From NCBI GenBank assembly GCA_030390025.1, contig CM059431.1:156304001-156368000 (forward strand): 64,000 bases of DNA, in the 5' to 3' direction. The notes below the pieces were generated by a model, which was not told the origin of the DNA, made no database searches, and worked only from the letters and a program-made list of their open reading frames with translations. This document shows, one piece after another, positions 1-12,879 of the stretch (position 1 is its first letter; the number at the start of each line of letters is the position of its first letter). Both the position numbers and the translations under genes were made by a program. Origin of the DNA: Squalus acanthias (Eukaryota).

Positions 1-2870
1 CCGGCATCGACCTCGGCATCGGCTATGGACACGGCAACGGCACACCCAGCCCAGTCAACCCAAGGCAAAGACATCCTCACCAACATATGGGGACTTGTGC
101 CAAAATTGGAAGGGCTGTCCCACAGACTAGTCAAGCAATAGCCTGACATAATCATATTCACAGAATCATACCATTCAGCCAATGTCCAAACTATCAACAT
201 CCCTTGGTATGTCCTGTCCCACCAGCAGGACAGACCCACCAGGGGTGGCGGCACAGTGGTATACAGTCGGGAAGGAGTGGCACAGGGTGTCCTCAGCATT
301 GACTCCGGAACCCATGAATTGTCATGGCTTCAGGTCAAGCATCGGCAAGGAAAACTCCTGCTGATTACCAACTACCGTGCACCTCAGCTGATGAATGACT
401 ACTCCGCCATGTTGAACACCACTTGGAAGAAACACTGAGAGTTGCAGCGGCACAGAATGTACTCTGGGTGGGAGATTTAAATGTCCATCAACAAGAGTGG
501 CTCGGTAGCAACACTACTGACCGAGCTGGCCGAGTCCGAAGGCTTGCGGCAGGTGGTGAGAGAACCAAAGCGAGGGAAAAACCTACTTGACATCGTCCAC
601 GCCAATCTACCTGTCGCAGATGCATCTGTCAATGACACTGTTGGAAGAAGTGAACACCGCAAAGCCATTGTTGTGACGAAGTCCCGTCTTCACACCGAGG
701 ACACCCTTCATCGTGCTGTGTGGCACTACCCTCGTGCTAAATGGGATAGATTCAGAACAGATCTTGCAGTACAAAACCGGGCATCCATGAGGTGTTGTGG
801 GCCATCAGCACCAGCAGAATTGAATTCCAACATAATCTGTAACCTCAAGTCCCGGCACATCCCTCACTCTACCATTATCATCAAGTCAGGGGACCAACAC
901 GGTTTCAATAAGGAGAGAAGAAGAGCATGCCATGAGCAGCACTAGGTTTGCCTAAAAATTAGGTGCCAAACTAGGGAAGCTGCAACACAGGACTAGATGC
1001 ATGCTAAAAAGCGGGAGCAACATGCTATAGATAGGGTTAAACGACCCCACAATCAGCGGATCAGATAAAAGCTCTGCAGTCCTATCACATCCAGTCGTGA
1101 ATGATGGAGAACCATTAAACAAGTAACGGGCAGAGGAAGCTCTATTAATATCCCCAGCCATAATGATGGTTGATCCCAGCACGTGAGAGCAAAAGACAAG
1201 GCGGAAGCGTTTGCAATCATCTTCAGCCAGAAGTGCCGAGTGGATGATACATATCGGCCTCCTCCTGCCGTCCCCACAATCACAGAAGCCAGTCTTCATC
1301 AAATTCGATTCACTCCACGTGATATCAAGAAACGGCTGAGCGCACTGGATACAGCAAAGGCTATGAGCCCCGACAACTTCCCGGCTATCGTGCTGAAGAC
1401 TTGGGCTACAGAACTAGCTGTGCCTTTGGCCAAGCTTTTCCAGTACAGCTACAACTCTGGCATCTATACGACAATGTGGAAAACTGCCCAGGCATGTCCT
1501 GTCCAAAAAAGCAGGACCAAACCAAACCGGCCAATTACCGCCCCAACTGTCTACTCTCAATTATCAGCAAAGTGATGGAAGGTGTCATCGACAGTGCTAT
1601 CAAGCGGCACTTACTCACCAATAACCAACTCACTGGTGCCCAGTTTGGGTTCCGCCAAGTCCACTCGGCACCCGATCTCATTACAGCCTTGGTCCAAACA
1701 TGGACAAAAGGAGCTGAATTCCAGAGGAGAAGCGAGAGTGACTGCCCTTGGCAACATTTAACCGAGTGTGGCAATGAAGGAGCCCTAGTAAAACTGAAGT
1801 CAATGGGATTCAAGGGAAAAACTCTCCACTGGCTGCAGTCATACCTAGCACAAGGACGATGGTTGTGGTGATTGAAGGTCAATCATCACCGCCCCAGGAT
1901 ATCACTGCAGGACTTCCTCAGGGCAGTGTCCTAGGCCCAACCATCTTCAGCTGCTTCATCAAAGAACTGCCCTCCAAAATAAGGTCAGAAATGGGAATGT
2001 TCGCTGATGACTGCACAGAGTTCAGTGCCACCCACTCACAACACCTCCGATAATGAAGTATTCCAGCTCCCCATGCAACAAGACCTGGACGACTTTCAGG
2101 CTTGGGCTGAAAAGTGGCAGGTAACATTCGCGCCACGGAAGTGTCAGGCAATGAGTATCTCCAACAAGTGAGAGACCAAACACCGCCCCTTGATATTCAA
2201 TGGCATTACCATCGCCGAATCCCACACCATCAATATCCTGGGTGTCACCAATAACCAGAAACTTAACTGGAACAGCCACATAAATACTGTGACAATAAGA
2301 CCAGGTCAGATGCTGGGTATTCCTGGGCGAGTGTCTCACCTCCTGACTCCTAAAAGCCTTTCCACCATCTACAAGGCACAAGTGAGGAGTGTGATGGAAT
2401 ACTCCCCACTTGCCTGGATGAGTGCAGCTCCAGCAACACTCAAAGAGCTCGACACCATCCAGGACAAAGCAGCCCGCTTGATTGGCACCCCATCCCCCAC
2501 CTTAAACATTCACTCCCTCCACCACCGGCGTACCGTGGATGCAGTGTGTACCATCTACAAGATGCACTGCAGCAACTCGCCAAGGCTTCTTCGGCAGCAC
2601 CTCCCAAACCCGCGATATCTTCCACCTAGAAGATCAAGGGCAGCAGACGCATGGGAACACCACCCTCCACTTTCACCTCCAAGTCATACAGCATCCTGAC
2701 TTCGATGTATATCGCCGATCCTTCATCACCGCTGAGTCAAAATCCTGGAACGCCCCACCTAACAGCACTGTGGGAGTACCATCACCACACGGACTGCAGA
2801 GGTTCAAGGAGGCAGCTCACCACCACCTTTTCAAGGGTAATTAGGAATGGCCAATATATGCTCAGAAGTC
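1..2870 (+). mobile_element. Decayed APE-endonuclease/RT non-LTR retrotransposon (L2/CR1 group, distinct from the main CR1 families here), copy 1
   Basis: Frameshifted pieces: EN start (NIWGL...PDIIIFTESY near 83-170), NLLDIV, ANYRP..LLSIISKVME, QFGFR, GLPQGSVLGP, MFADD, VRSVMEY; 3' end ggactgcagaggttcaaggaggcagctcaccaccacc. Confidence 0.88.
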
Positions 2871-2874
2871 ATGC

Positions 2875-5140
2875 CTGAGTGACTCAATGAGTACTTTACA
2901 CCTGTCTTTACAAAAGAATAGAATAACGTTAATGGTGGTGTAGAGAGCGGGGAGTAAACATTATAGATAGTATAAAAGTAGACATAAAGCAGTTGCTAAA
3001 CAGATTGGCGTCACTTAAAGTCAATAAGTCAACCGATCCACTTGGGATACATCCCAGCATGCTGAGGGAAGCTAGTATGTAGATAGCAAAAGATCTATCT
3101 ACAATCTTCGTATTGTAGATGTACCAGAGTACTGTTGGGTTGCAAATCTTAAACCCCAATTAAAAAGGGGAGAAGGATAAACCTGATTACTTGATAATCA
3201 GTCTTACGTCAGTGGTGGTAAATTTGCTAGAGAGCATTGTCAAAGACAACATTACTTATCACTTGGAGAAGTGCTCGTTACTTAGGACAGCCAGCCGACT
3301 TTTTTCAAGGCAAATCGTGTCCGATTAACCTGATTGAGTTTCTCATGAAGTAACAGACACGGTTGATTAATTTACTGCCGTAGATATTGTACGTATGGAC
3401 TTTCAAAAGGCATTTGACAAAGTAATACATAACACAATTATTCTGGAAATAGAAGGACAAAATATTAAAGGGACGTTGCTAACATGGCTACACAATTGGT
3501 TAGTGAATAGGAGCAGAGTATTGTAGTGATACAATGAGTTTACGACTGGAGAAAAGTATTCAATGTGGTCCCCCAGGGGTCGCTAATAGGAAATTGTTTA
3601 TCTTGTTATATATAAATGACCTGGACGTGGGTACAGGGAGTACAATTTCGAGGTTTTCGGGCGATAGATATTAAATAGTGAGCGTGATAATAGCAGCGTT
3701 CAAGAGGACATAGCAATTCTGGTGGAATGGATGGAATCATGGTGGATGAAATTTAATGCTGGGAAATGTGAAACAATGTACTTTGGAAGAAACAAAATGG
3801 ACATTATTTCTAGGGGATACAAGAACAGAGGGAACTGGCGTTGCTTATTCATAAATGTTTGAATGTGGAAGTGTAAGTTGAGAAGGTGGTTAAGAAAGCG
3901 TATGGGATACTTGGGATTGTAAATAAAGGCATCGAATACAAAAACAAGGAAATCATGGTAAACCTTTACAAATATCAGGTTTGCCCTCAGCAGGATTATT
4001 GCGTAGAAAATATGAGCACCACACTACAGGAAGGATGTCAAAGTACTGGAGGGTGTACAGAGGAGCTTTACCAAGATTGTACCAGGGACGAGGGAGCACA
4101 GTTATATGGAGAGATTGGGGATGTGGAGATTGTTCTCCTTAGAGTAGAGACGAATAAGGGGAAACATACTGGGCCTGAATTTCCGATCGGGGGCTTAATG
4201 CGGGCTGATGCCTCCGATCTGTAAAAATCTACAAACTTATCTGCTGGCTCCGTAGATCCCGAGACTACCGATCATGGGCATCTGCTCTACGAAATACGCA
4301 GAGGCCCAGGTATCTCAGGGGCGCATGCGGTTCGCAAGCGTCCCTGTGATCACATCTGCCATGGGGAATCAATCAAGGAAGGCAACTGTCAAAAGTATGA
4401 ATGTGGATCACTTAAAATTAAAACGACGTTAAATTAAATATTTTAAACCATAATTTAATTTTTGGGAAAAAAAATAATTGAAACTAAAAATGAACTTGAC
4501 TTTTTTAAAAGTATTTTCAAATTATAAATGAGTTATAAAATGTAATTTTTTAACAGGCGTAATATTTGTAAAGGCTTTCAGCAGGCGGAAGTTATGCAGA
4601 AGGCACACATCTCTGCCCGAGGAGGCTCTTCTCCCGGGCATACATGCTATCTGTCAAGAGGTTTCTTGACAGATCGCAAGTGCCGGGTTTTAGCGCATGC
4701 GCTTCACATGCCTAAACCCGGCACTTCCGTGGCCCCAATGGGTGCGTACATACCTTATACGCACCTATAGAGATCGCAAAATAAGACCCAATAGATTTAT
4801 TCAAAATTATGAGGCTTTTTATGGAGCAAGTACTGAGAAACTGTTTCCTCTGACAAGTTGGTAGGTAGCCAGATGTCATAGATTTAGACTTAAAGTAATT
4901 GGCAAAATAACTTCAAACAGAGGTTTAAAAAGATTTGGAATGCACTCCCTAAAACGGTGTTGGAATCGGTTTCCATAGCAACTTCTAGCATGCAATTGGA
5001 CATGTAATTTAAGAGGACTAATTTGCAAGGTTGTTGGGAAAAGGCTGAGGTGTGGGACTAAAATGGACAGCTCTTTCAAAAACCGGCACAGGCGTGATGG
5101 GCCGAATGGCCTTCTTCTGTGGTCAATGATCCTAATCTAT
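2875..5140 (+). mobile_element. 5'-truncated, decayed CR1 LINE (RT region plus 3' tail), interrupted by a MITE at 4171-4789
   Basis: LNEYF..VFTKE at ~2884, YMDFQKAFDKV at ~3395, VPQGS at ~3568, VKKAYGILG ORF; tail gatgggccgaatggccttcttctgtg at ~5097. Confidence 0.85.
4171..4789. mobile_element. Non-autonomous DNA transposon (MITE) with GGG-terminal inverted repeats, possibly PIF/Harbinger type
   Basis: Left gggcctgaatttccgatc vs reverse complement of right end gggtcttattttgcgatc (14/18); interrupts collinear CR1 sequence; AT-rich core; internal palindromes. Confidence 0.65.
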
Positions 5141-5399
5141 GCTACGTGCCCAACTACCCCACACCCATTAGCCCACTTGTTCTAAATCTGAATCGCCCCC
5201 TTTTATCCTTTATACCTGCCCCATGCTTGATTATCTTCTCTCCTTTGCAGTGCCTCTAAACAGAGTGTTCGAATTCGGAATTTGAAGAGAATGCGAATCC
5301 GTAGGAGAGCAGGTGGCAGGTAAATATTTAAATTCATCTACCTAGAATTAAAACTAGATCTAGTAATTAGTTAAAAACCAAACTATAATCTAATTAAAT

Positions 5400-8330
5400 T
5401 AAATAAATCAATTTTAATTAACTAATTAAATAAAGGAAGGTTGCCACACCTACTGCATGTGGTAGTATATGGAGAGTATCGAGATTCTGTATGAACACGT
5501 CTGCATTAAGTATCTGCATCTCGAGGAACTTCAGCACTGAGTTGTTGAGCTTGACTCCGAGTGGCAAACATTGCGGGGCTTCAAGGAGGGGTTGATTTAT
5601 CTGCAAATTTTGATCCAGGAGGCAGTCAAACCCCTTATGTTAGATAGTGGTAAAGTTCTATTTCATGATCAGGGATAGGAGGGTGTGACTGCAACTCAGG
5701 CAGGTAAGGGGATCACAGGTTCAATGCTGGAGGAACCTCAGCCTTTGCCTTTGTCCAACAGGTATGAGCTACTTGCTGCCTTTGTGTATGAGGGCAAACT
5801 CTGCAGGATGGATGAGCGAACTGACCACGGCACCATGTTACCTGAGGTCGTTTAGATGGTGGGGGGTGGGGCCGGGTGAAAAGGAATGTAGTTTTGGTAG
5901 GAGACAGTATAGTCAGGGGGATAGGTACTGTTCTCTGCAGCCGTGACCGGTAGATCAGAAGACTATGTTGTCTGGCCGGTGCCTGGGCTAAGGATATCTC
6001 CTGGTGGCTGGCGAAGAAATTGGAGTGGAGGGGGAGGATCCATTGATCATGGCCCACGTCGGAACCATCGACATATATAGAACCAGGAGTGAGGTTTTGT
6101 TGAGAGAGTTTGAAGAGCCAGGGCCCAAATTTAAACGCAGAACATCAACATTAATAATCTTTAGATTTTTACCTGAGCCACGAGGAGACTGACATAGGGG
6201 CAAGCAGATCTGATAGTTAGGTACGTGGCTGAAAGAGTGATGTGGCAGAAAGGGGTTTCCATTCATGGGGCTCTGGCACTTGTCAAAGAGGGAGCTGTTC
6301 TGTTGGCATTGTCGCCATTTAACCAAGGCTGGGTCCAGTGTCCTGGCGTATCGAATAACTGGGGCTGTAGAGAGGACTTTAAATTTAAAAAACGGGGGAA
6401 GTTTCAGGGGAGGGAAAATTATAAAACTAAAGAGAGAATTCAAGGCAATGGAGCAATGTTCCGATTTGGTTAAAGATAAGCAGCATGTGACAGGAAGGGA
6501 CTGAGTTTAATGGTAATAGTGCATCAGCAAATAAGGTGAAAGCAGGGAATAATGGTAAAACAGTTAAAATTAACGGCTTTTTATCTGAATACTCGAAACA
6601 TTCGTAAAAATGTAGAAGAATTAGTGGCAAACAGAGAAAAATGGCTTGGATGTATTAGCCATTGGAGAGATTTGTTGCATGGTGACCGAGGTTTGGAATT
6701 AAATATTCCAGGTTACCTGACGTTTCGAAAGACACGCAGAATGGAAAAAGGAGGGGAGGGGGAAGCTCTCATAATGAAGGGTGACCTTTTGGACAGTAGT
6801 GAGAAAGGATCTGGGCTTGTAAGATCAGGAAGTGGATGCATTGTTTGTGATCTCCCAAATTTCACGAGATTCTAGAACGGTCCCAGCGGTTTGCAAGGTA
6901 GCAAATGTAACTCCATTATTCAAGAAAGGGGTGAGAGAGAAAATAGGGAACTACAGGACAGATGAACTGTCATCAGTCGTCGGGACATGCTAGTATCCAT
7001 TAGTAAGGAAGTGGTAAGTAGCAGTTGGAAAATCATAATATGATCAGGCAGAGTCAGCATGGTTTTATGAAAGGCAACTCGGGTTTAACAAATGTATTAG
7101 CGTTTTTTGAGGGTGTAACTAGCAGGGTAGGTAAAGTTGAAACAGTGGATAAAGTATATTTGGATTTCCAAAATACTTTATTTAGGGTGCCACCTAAAAA
7201 GTTGCTACGCAAAATATGTCTCCTGCGGTTGGGGGTAATATATTAGCAGCGATAGAGGATTGGTTAATCGATAGTAAACAGAGAGCAGGGATAAATGGGT
7301 CACTTTCCGGTTGGCAGGCTACGTTAGTGGGGTGCCGCAAGGATCAGTGCTCTGGCCTCAGCTATTTAAAATTTATGTTAATGATTTAGATGAAAGGACC
7401 GAGTGCAATGTATCCAAGTTTGTGGACGATACAAAGCTAGGTGTGAAAGTATGCTGCGAGGAGGAAACAAAGACCCTACAGAGGGATATAGATAGGTTAA
7501 GTCAGTGGGCAATGAGGTGGCAGATGGAGTATAGTGTGGGGAAATTTGAGGTAGGTACCACTTTGGTAGGAAGAATCGAAAGGCAGTTTTTTTTTTAAAT
7601 GGTGCGGAACTATTGAAATTAATATTCAGTGAGATTTAGTTACTCTTGTACAGGAAACAAAAAAAATTAGCATGCAGGTACAGGAAGCTATTAGGAAGGC
7701 AAATGGCAAGACGCTGGAGTACTAATGTAATGAAGTCTTACTACAATTGTACAGAGCTTTTGTGCGACCACACCTGGAGTACTGTGCACAGCTGTATTCT
7801 CCTTTTCTAGGAAGAACATACATGCCGTAGAGGCGGTGCAAAGATAGTTAATTAAATTGATCCCTGGGATGAGAGGGTTGTCCTAATGGGAGAGATTGAG
7901 TAAATTGGACCTATACTCTCTGGAGTTTAGAAGAATGAGAGGTGATCTCATTGAAATATATAAGTTTCTGGGGGGATTCGCATATTGGATGCCGAGAACT
8001 TGTTGCGCCTGGCTGGAGAGCCTAGAACTCGAGGGCACAATCTTGGGATAAGGTGTCGGCCATTTAAGACAGAAATGAGCAGGAGTTACTTCACTAAAAG
8101 GGTTATGAATCATTGGAATTTTCCACCCGAAATGGATGCAAATGCTGAGTCTTTGACTAAATTCAAGACTGAGATGGATATATTTTTGGACTCTTGGGGA
8201 ATCAAGGGATATGGAGATCGGGTGGGAAATTGGAGTTGAGGTCGAAGATCAGCCATTATCTAATTGAATGGCGGAGTAGGCAGCAGGAGCCGTTTGGCCG
8301 ACTACTGCCCCTAATTATTATGTTCTTATG
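5400..8330 (+). mobile_element. Decayed CR1 LINE: ORF1 remnant (SGNH esterase-like) and internally deleted ORF2, with 3' tail
   Basis: HVGTIDI/LLREFEE ORF1 motifs (6004-6192); EN start YLNTRNIRK (6552-); jump to RT at ~6830; SQHGFMKG, VPQGSVL, FVDD; tail ending atgttcttatg. Confidence 0.88.
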
Positions 8331-8699
8331 CTCACCATGCTGCTACATACCTGTTTCGCCATCCACCACAAAATATACACAAAGCTATTCTAAGTACTCC
8401 AGCTGCACACTGAGTATGCGCACAATCCAACATTACCTGCACAGCCGTTGCAATGTTATCTTCGCTGATTATAATTTCATACTTCTGAAATGCTACCTAC
8501 AACAATGAACCAGCAGCTGGCTATTAGTTCTCTTTTATAATCTTTTCCGTTTGTTTACACGTCTTCAGGTTAAAAATGTCCAGTAGTTTTATTTTTCCTA
8601 TGTTGAAATTTCACTGGATTACGGCCTCATTGCAAGGTTCAGTTATATCCCCTCATTCTTGATTCACCCATCAGATGATAACGTTTTTCTCTACCTAAA

Positions 8700-9300
8700 T
8701 TAGTGATTCCTTTTATCATTTTAAGCATCTCCCTCAGATCCACCGTCAATCTTCTATATTCAAAGGAACACAAAGCAAGATTATGCAACCTTTAAATTTG
8801 AGTACATACCCTTTATCCACACGCTGCCTCCGACCTCACTAACAATTTCCAAACTAAGTCGAACAAAAATGCCTCCACTGCCATGCCCTCCTATTTTTAG
8901 CAATTAACTTTTGCGTGGCAAGTTATGGAATACCTTCTGGAAATCCACATAGCCCTTCTGCTATTCCCACCCTACGACTTTAAAAGCTCTTGGGTGGAAA
9001 ACATCAAGTCGTGGAAATGTTTCTATCCTTTGCCCCATTATTTTCTCCATTACCATGTTTACTATTATGAATACAGTAACTTCCTCCCCTTGCTGCATTC
9101 TTTGTTCAACTTCTGTCAATAGCATTGTGACCTGCCCCTCTACTGTGAAAATCAATACAAAGTATTCTTTCAATAAATCTGCTATTACCTTGCTGGATAT
9201 TAACATATCACAGGTGCCTATCTTAATGGGCCCATATCTCCCTCAGCCGCTCTCTTATTCTTAATATATTTATATGTGCTTTATTATTAGCCTTTATAGT
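8700..9300 (-). mobile_element. Old CR1 fragments
   Basis: Minus ORF ADLLKEYFVLIFTVE...PRLDVFHPRAFK resembles the CR1 LNEYFVSVFT/PGPDGxHPRVLK region. Confidence 0.55.
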
Positions 9301-9509
9301 GCTAGGAAGTCATTTTTCTTGGATCCTTTTGGCAGTTATGAATATTTTATTCTTGTTCATTTGTTGTTATCTTTATTATACCGTTTGCTATTTTACCGTG
9401 TTTCTTTGCATTTGTGCCAGTCCCTTCCTTTAGATTTGTACTGTATCTTATCTCACATGTTGACCATGGCTTTTGCTCTTTATAAATATACTTTGAATGC
9501 CCAGCTATG

Positions 9510-9800
9510 TCTTGTCCACAAAATTAAGACAGATTGAATCCAAACAGCTACCGGCCGACCAACCACCCCTCAATGATCAGCAAAGTGATGGATGGACTCA
9601 TCAATAGCGCCATCAAGCAACATTTACGCTTCAATAACCTGGTCACCGACGCTCAGTTCGGTGGTGCCTGAAATCCTCTGTTCCCGACATGCTTACAGGT
9701 GCAAGCGTTAAATGCCAGAGAAGAGGTGACTGTAACAAGAAGGCTGCATTTGCCTCGGATTGCCTCAGATTGGCACCAAGGATCTTTTTGAGGTCAACGC
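9510..9800 (+). mobile_element. Fragment of the L2/CR1-group LINE family seen at 1-2870
   Basis: atcagcaaagtgatgga...catcaagcaacattta...aataacctggtcaccgacgctcagttcgg matches ~1563-1650. Confidence 0.65.
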
Positions 9801-10435
9801 GAGGCAAACTAATGCCTCCGGTGGCAAAAACTTTGTATTTCGGTAAGGGTTAATCACTCTGTTTCATGTTGAAGTTATCGAACTGCATCTTAAGGTTCAA
9901 AGTGATGTCATGAACGAGAACATATTTAAATACTATTTCCAAAAGTGGCATTTTAGTCTGTGAGTTTACATTTGGAAGTATTATTCTGTTAAATGCCGCT
10001 GCTTCCCGTATATTATTTGCTGAAAATAATGCATTCTTAACTGATCCATAATTGATACTATAAATGTTCAATAACATTGAACGACTACCCAGATAAACGG
10101 GGATTACTACATTCCGGTATATTAAAGCACTATGATTGTACTGATTGCATTCTGGGTACTTGTGCTGCGGCTTTTGATTCTGGTTCCAGGGTGTCAGGTT
10201 AAGTTTGCGTTGTTAGCTCTGCAGGTTAATGAACACACCCTGGGTAAAGATCAGTTACATATCACAGTTATAAACACGACCTTCAGCCTGATCTGTATCA
10301 TCTTTCCTCACACTGTTCTGTGGTACAGGGCTCAAACTGAATCAGAAGCATTCTCATTCGATTTACATTTTTCTGGTGAATAACTGATACTTTAACCAAA
10401 GTTATTAATTGTTTGTGTGGTAACAATTACGATTC

Positions 10436-10516
10436 CGCCCCCCCCCGCCTGCCCCCGACCCCCCCCCCCCCGACCCCTCACCTACACCCCCCCCCCCCAG
10501 CCCACCCCCCCACCCG
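10436..10516. repeat. Poly-C low-complexity tract (G-rich on minus strand)
   Basis: ~80 bp of near-continuous C runs. Confidence 0.9.
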
Positions 10517-11149
10517 CGGTCCAGAAGACTCCACAGCGAAATCGGGTTCCACAGTCGGATTCAGTTCAAAGCCTCAATTTTATTTGATTGCTGACCATAA
10601 AACTTCTATATTATCAGAATATAAAAGGCAACAGATAGCAACGGACAAAGATCGTTGTGAGTTACTTTCGGTCAAATATAGAGGGAAGGGCAGTGAACTC
10701 TTTGTGTTGAAACGTTAAGTGTTTGGAATTAACTTCCATTTCGATCATTAGCTGATTCTTTCTCCAGACTCCAACTCTGTGTAAATTCGATTCCTGGCTC
10801 TATTACACTCGGTATCAGGCCCTTATTACGGCTATCCAACCCTTGTTGCCATGAAGCTGTGAAATTGCCATCGCAGGTTATTATCCTATTAGCAACAGTA
10901 CAATGACCACATTGTCCTGCAGATGATCTCCAGTTAATGAGTTACAGTCTCGGCCTTGATCAAGATGTTCGCACGCATTAGCATCAGGCTCCGAGTTTCA
11001 CTTGCTACAGCTGAATCAGAAAATTTGTTTCGGTACACAAGTGAACTTTTCGCTTCATCAGCCTATGAACTTCTATTTGTGGTGCTCTGATTTTACCTTT
11101 TGATTGAATCTTTATTGGAAATGTTTGGGAGCTAATTCCATTCGTTGTG

Positions 11150-11670
11150 ATACTGGAAACTCAGAAACATAAATTAATTGACTCCTCGGTTCGTGATACC
11201 ACAACTATTGAAATCTGACTGATTCTATCGATCCTTTCCCAAAGGTTCATAATTTTAAATACATCTATCATGTCGTTCCATAATTTGTGTTGTTACTGTG
11301 AAAGTGTTGCGTCTTTCCAAGTATTTCTTTGCATCTGTTTTTCCTGATACCAGGCAGCATCCTCATGGAATATCATTTGTACACAAACTTGCGGCACAAT
11401 ATCCGTCATTAAGCCTGCAGCTCGATAGTGCACACAGAGTTCTAATAGAGGTTTAATTAATGTTTTATATGGGCTCACTATTATCTCATTTATTTTATTT
11501 TATAACTCTGGTGATTAAACCTAGAAGTCAATTCGTTAATTCACTGCCTTTACAACTTGAGGTGCTGCTTTTAGTATCCCGTGAACCTGTTCTCTCCAAA
11601 TCGTTCTGCTTTACCACAGTACCGAATCTAATTCCATTCAGTGTACAATTACAGCTGATATTTTACCAAT
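11150..11670 (-). mobile_element. Old CR1 RT C-terminal fragment, host of the RTE insertion; continues at ~12450-12640
   Basis: Minus ORF YKTLIKPLLELCV resembles CR1 YKALVRPHLEYCV. Confidence 0.55.
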
Positions 11671-11672
11671 AT

Positions 11673-12450
11673 CTTCTTCTTTTTCTTAGGCAGTCCCTCG
11701 TACCAAGGATGACTTTCTTCCACATTAAAAATGAGTTATCAGGTGACTGATGAGTCCAATGCGGGACCTACAGTCTCTGTCACAGGTGGTTGAAGGGACG
11801 GGTGGGCTGGGTGCTTGGGTTGACGAGCATTCCTTGCGCTGCTTGCGCTTGACTTCCGCTTGATACCGGCGAAGAGACTCGAGGTGTTCGACGACTTCCT
11901 GGATGCTTCTCCTCTACTTTGTGCGATCTTGGGCCAGGGATTCCCGTCAGCCTACTGTCAACAATGGCAGACGTCGATGACGAAGTCCAACACCGCCTTC
12001 ACTGTGCCAGTGCAGACTTCGGTCGCTAGAGGAAGAGAGTGTTTGAAGACCAGGACCTCAATCCCGGCAACTACTCATGGTCTACAAAGCAGCAGTGATA
12101 CCCGCCCTTCTGTATGCCTCAGAGACATGATCCATGTACAACAGGCACCTCAAAGCACTGGAGAGGTAGCACCAATGCTGCCTCCGCAAGATCCTGCAAT
12201 GCAATAGGCAGGATAGGCGCAACAATGTCAGTGTTCTCGCTCAGCCCAACATCCCCAGAATCGAAGCTTTGACCACGCTCGATCAGCTCAGATGGACGTG
12301 TCATGTCGTCCGCATGCCCGATAGGAGACTCCCAAAACAAGCGCTCCACTCGGAGCTCCGACACGGCAAGACAGACCCAGGTGGGCAGAGGGAACGGTTC
12401 AAGGACACCCTCAAAGCTTCCTTTACCAATATATACCACCCTTACTGACA
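11673..12450 (-). mobile_element. RTE-clade LINE 3' portion with inverted 5' segment
   Basis: 11673-11945 is an RTE-like 3' end on minus (aggcagtccctcg..gatgact..cttccac, short (TTC)n run); ~11960-12450 reads RTE RT C-terminus on plus (DVDDEVQHRL..A..FGR, RWTCHVVRMP..RLPKQ, G.RKRFKDTLKA-like). Confidence 0.75.
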
Positions 12451-12879
12451 TTGATTCTGCCTGTCCTTTTTTTTAACAAATCCCACATCTTTGCAATTTC
12501 CCTTTGCAGTTTCCTCTGGTATAAATAATTAACTGTACTCCACATTTTCGCACCATCTGCAAATTCCGATCATGATATATAATCAAGTTAGTAATATATT
12601 AGAATAGTGGCCGCAGAACTGAATCCTGCGACGCAGCACCAATACTTTCAACAACTAGTTTGCAGAACAAAACTTGGACGTTGACGGTAACTTCAATGCA
12701 ATTTTCAAGTAACTTCAAGATTAGTGTATCCGATAAGTAATAATACACCAACGTATGCTTTCAGGATATATATATAGAACACATACATATATGAGTGCCG
12801 GTGCCCCACAAGATCAAGCTGTCCAACAGCTCCTCGACCCACTCTTTGCAGTCAGTCACTAGTCTAACGTTAATTGGCA

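Noticed and set aside
1..60. GC-rich start considered as an HDV-like ribozyme in the LINE 5' region
   Set aside because: Could not build the nested double pseudoknot by eye and the sequence is cut by the window edge
10413..10718. Proline-rich 101-aa ORF
   Set aside because: Produced by the poly-C tract; non-ATG start and no recognisable domain
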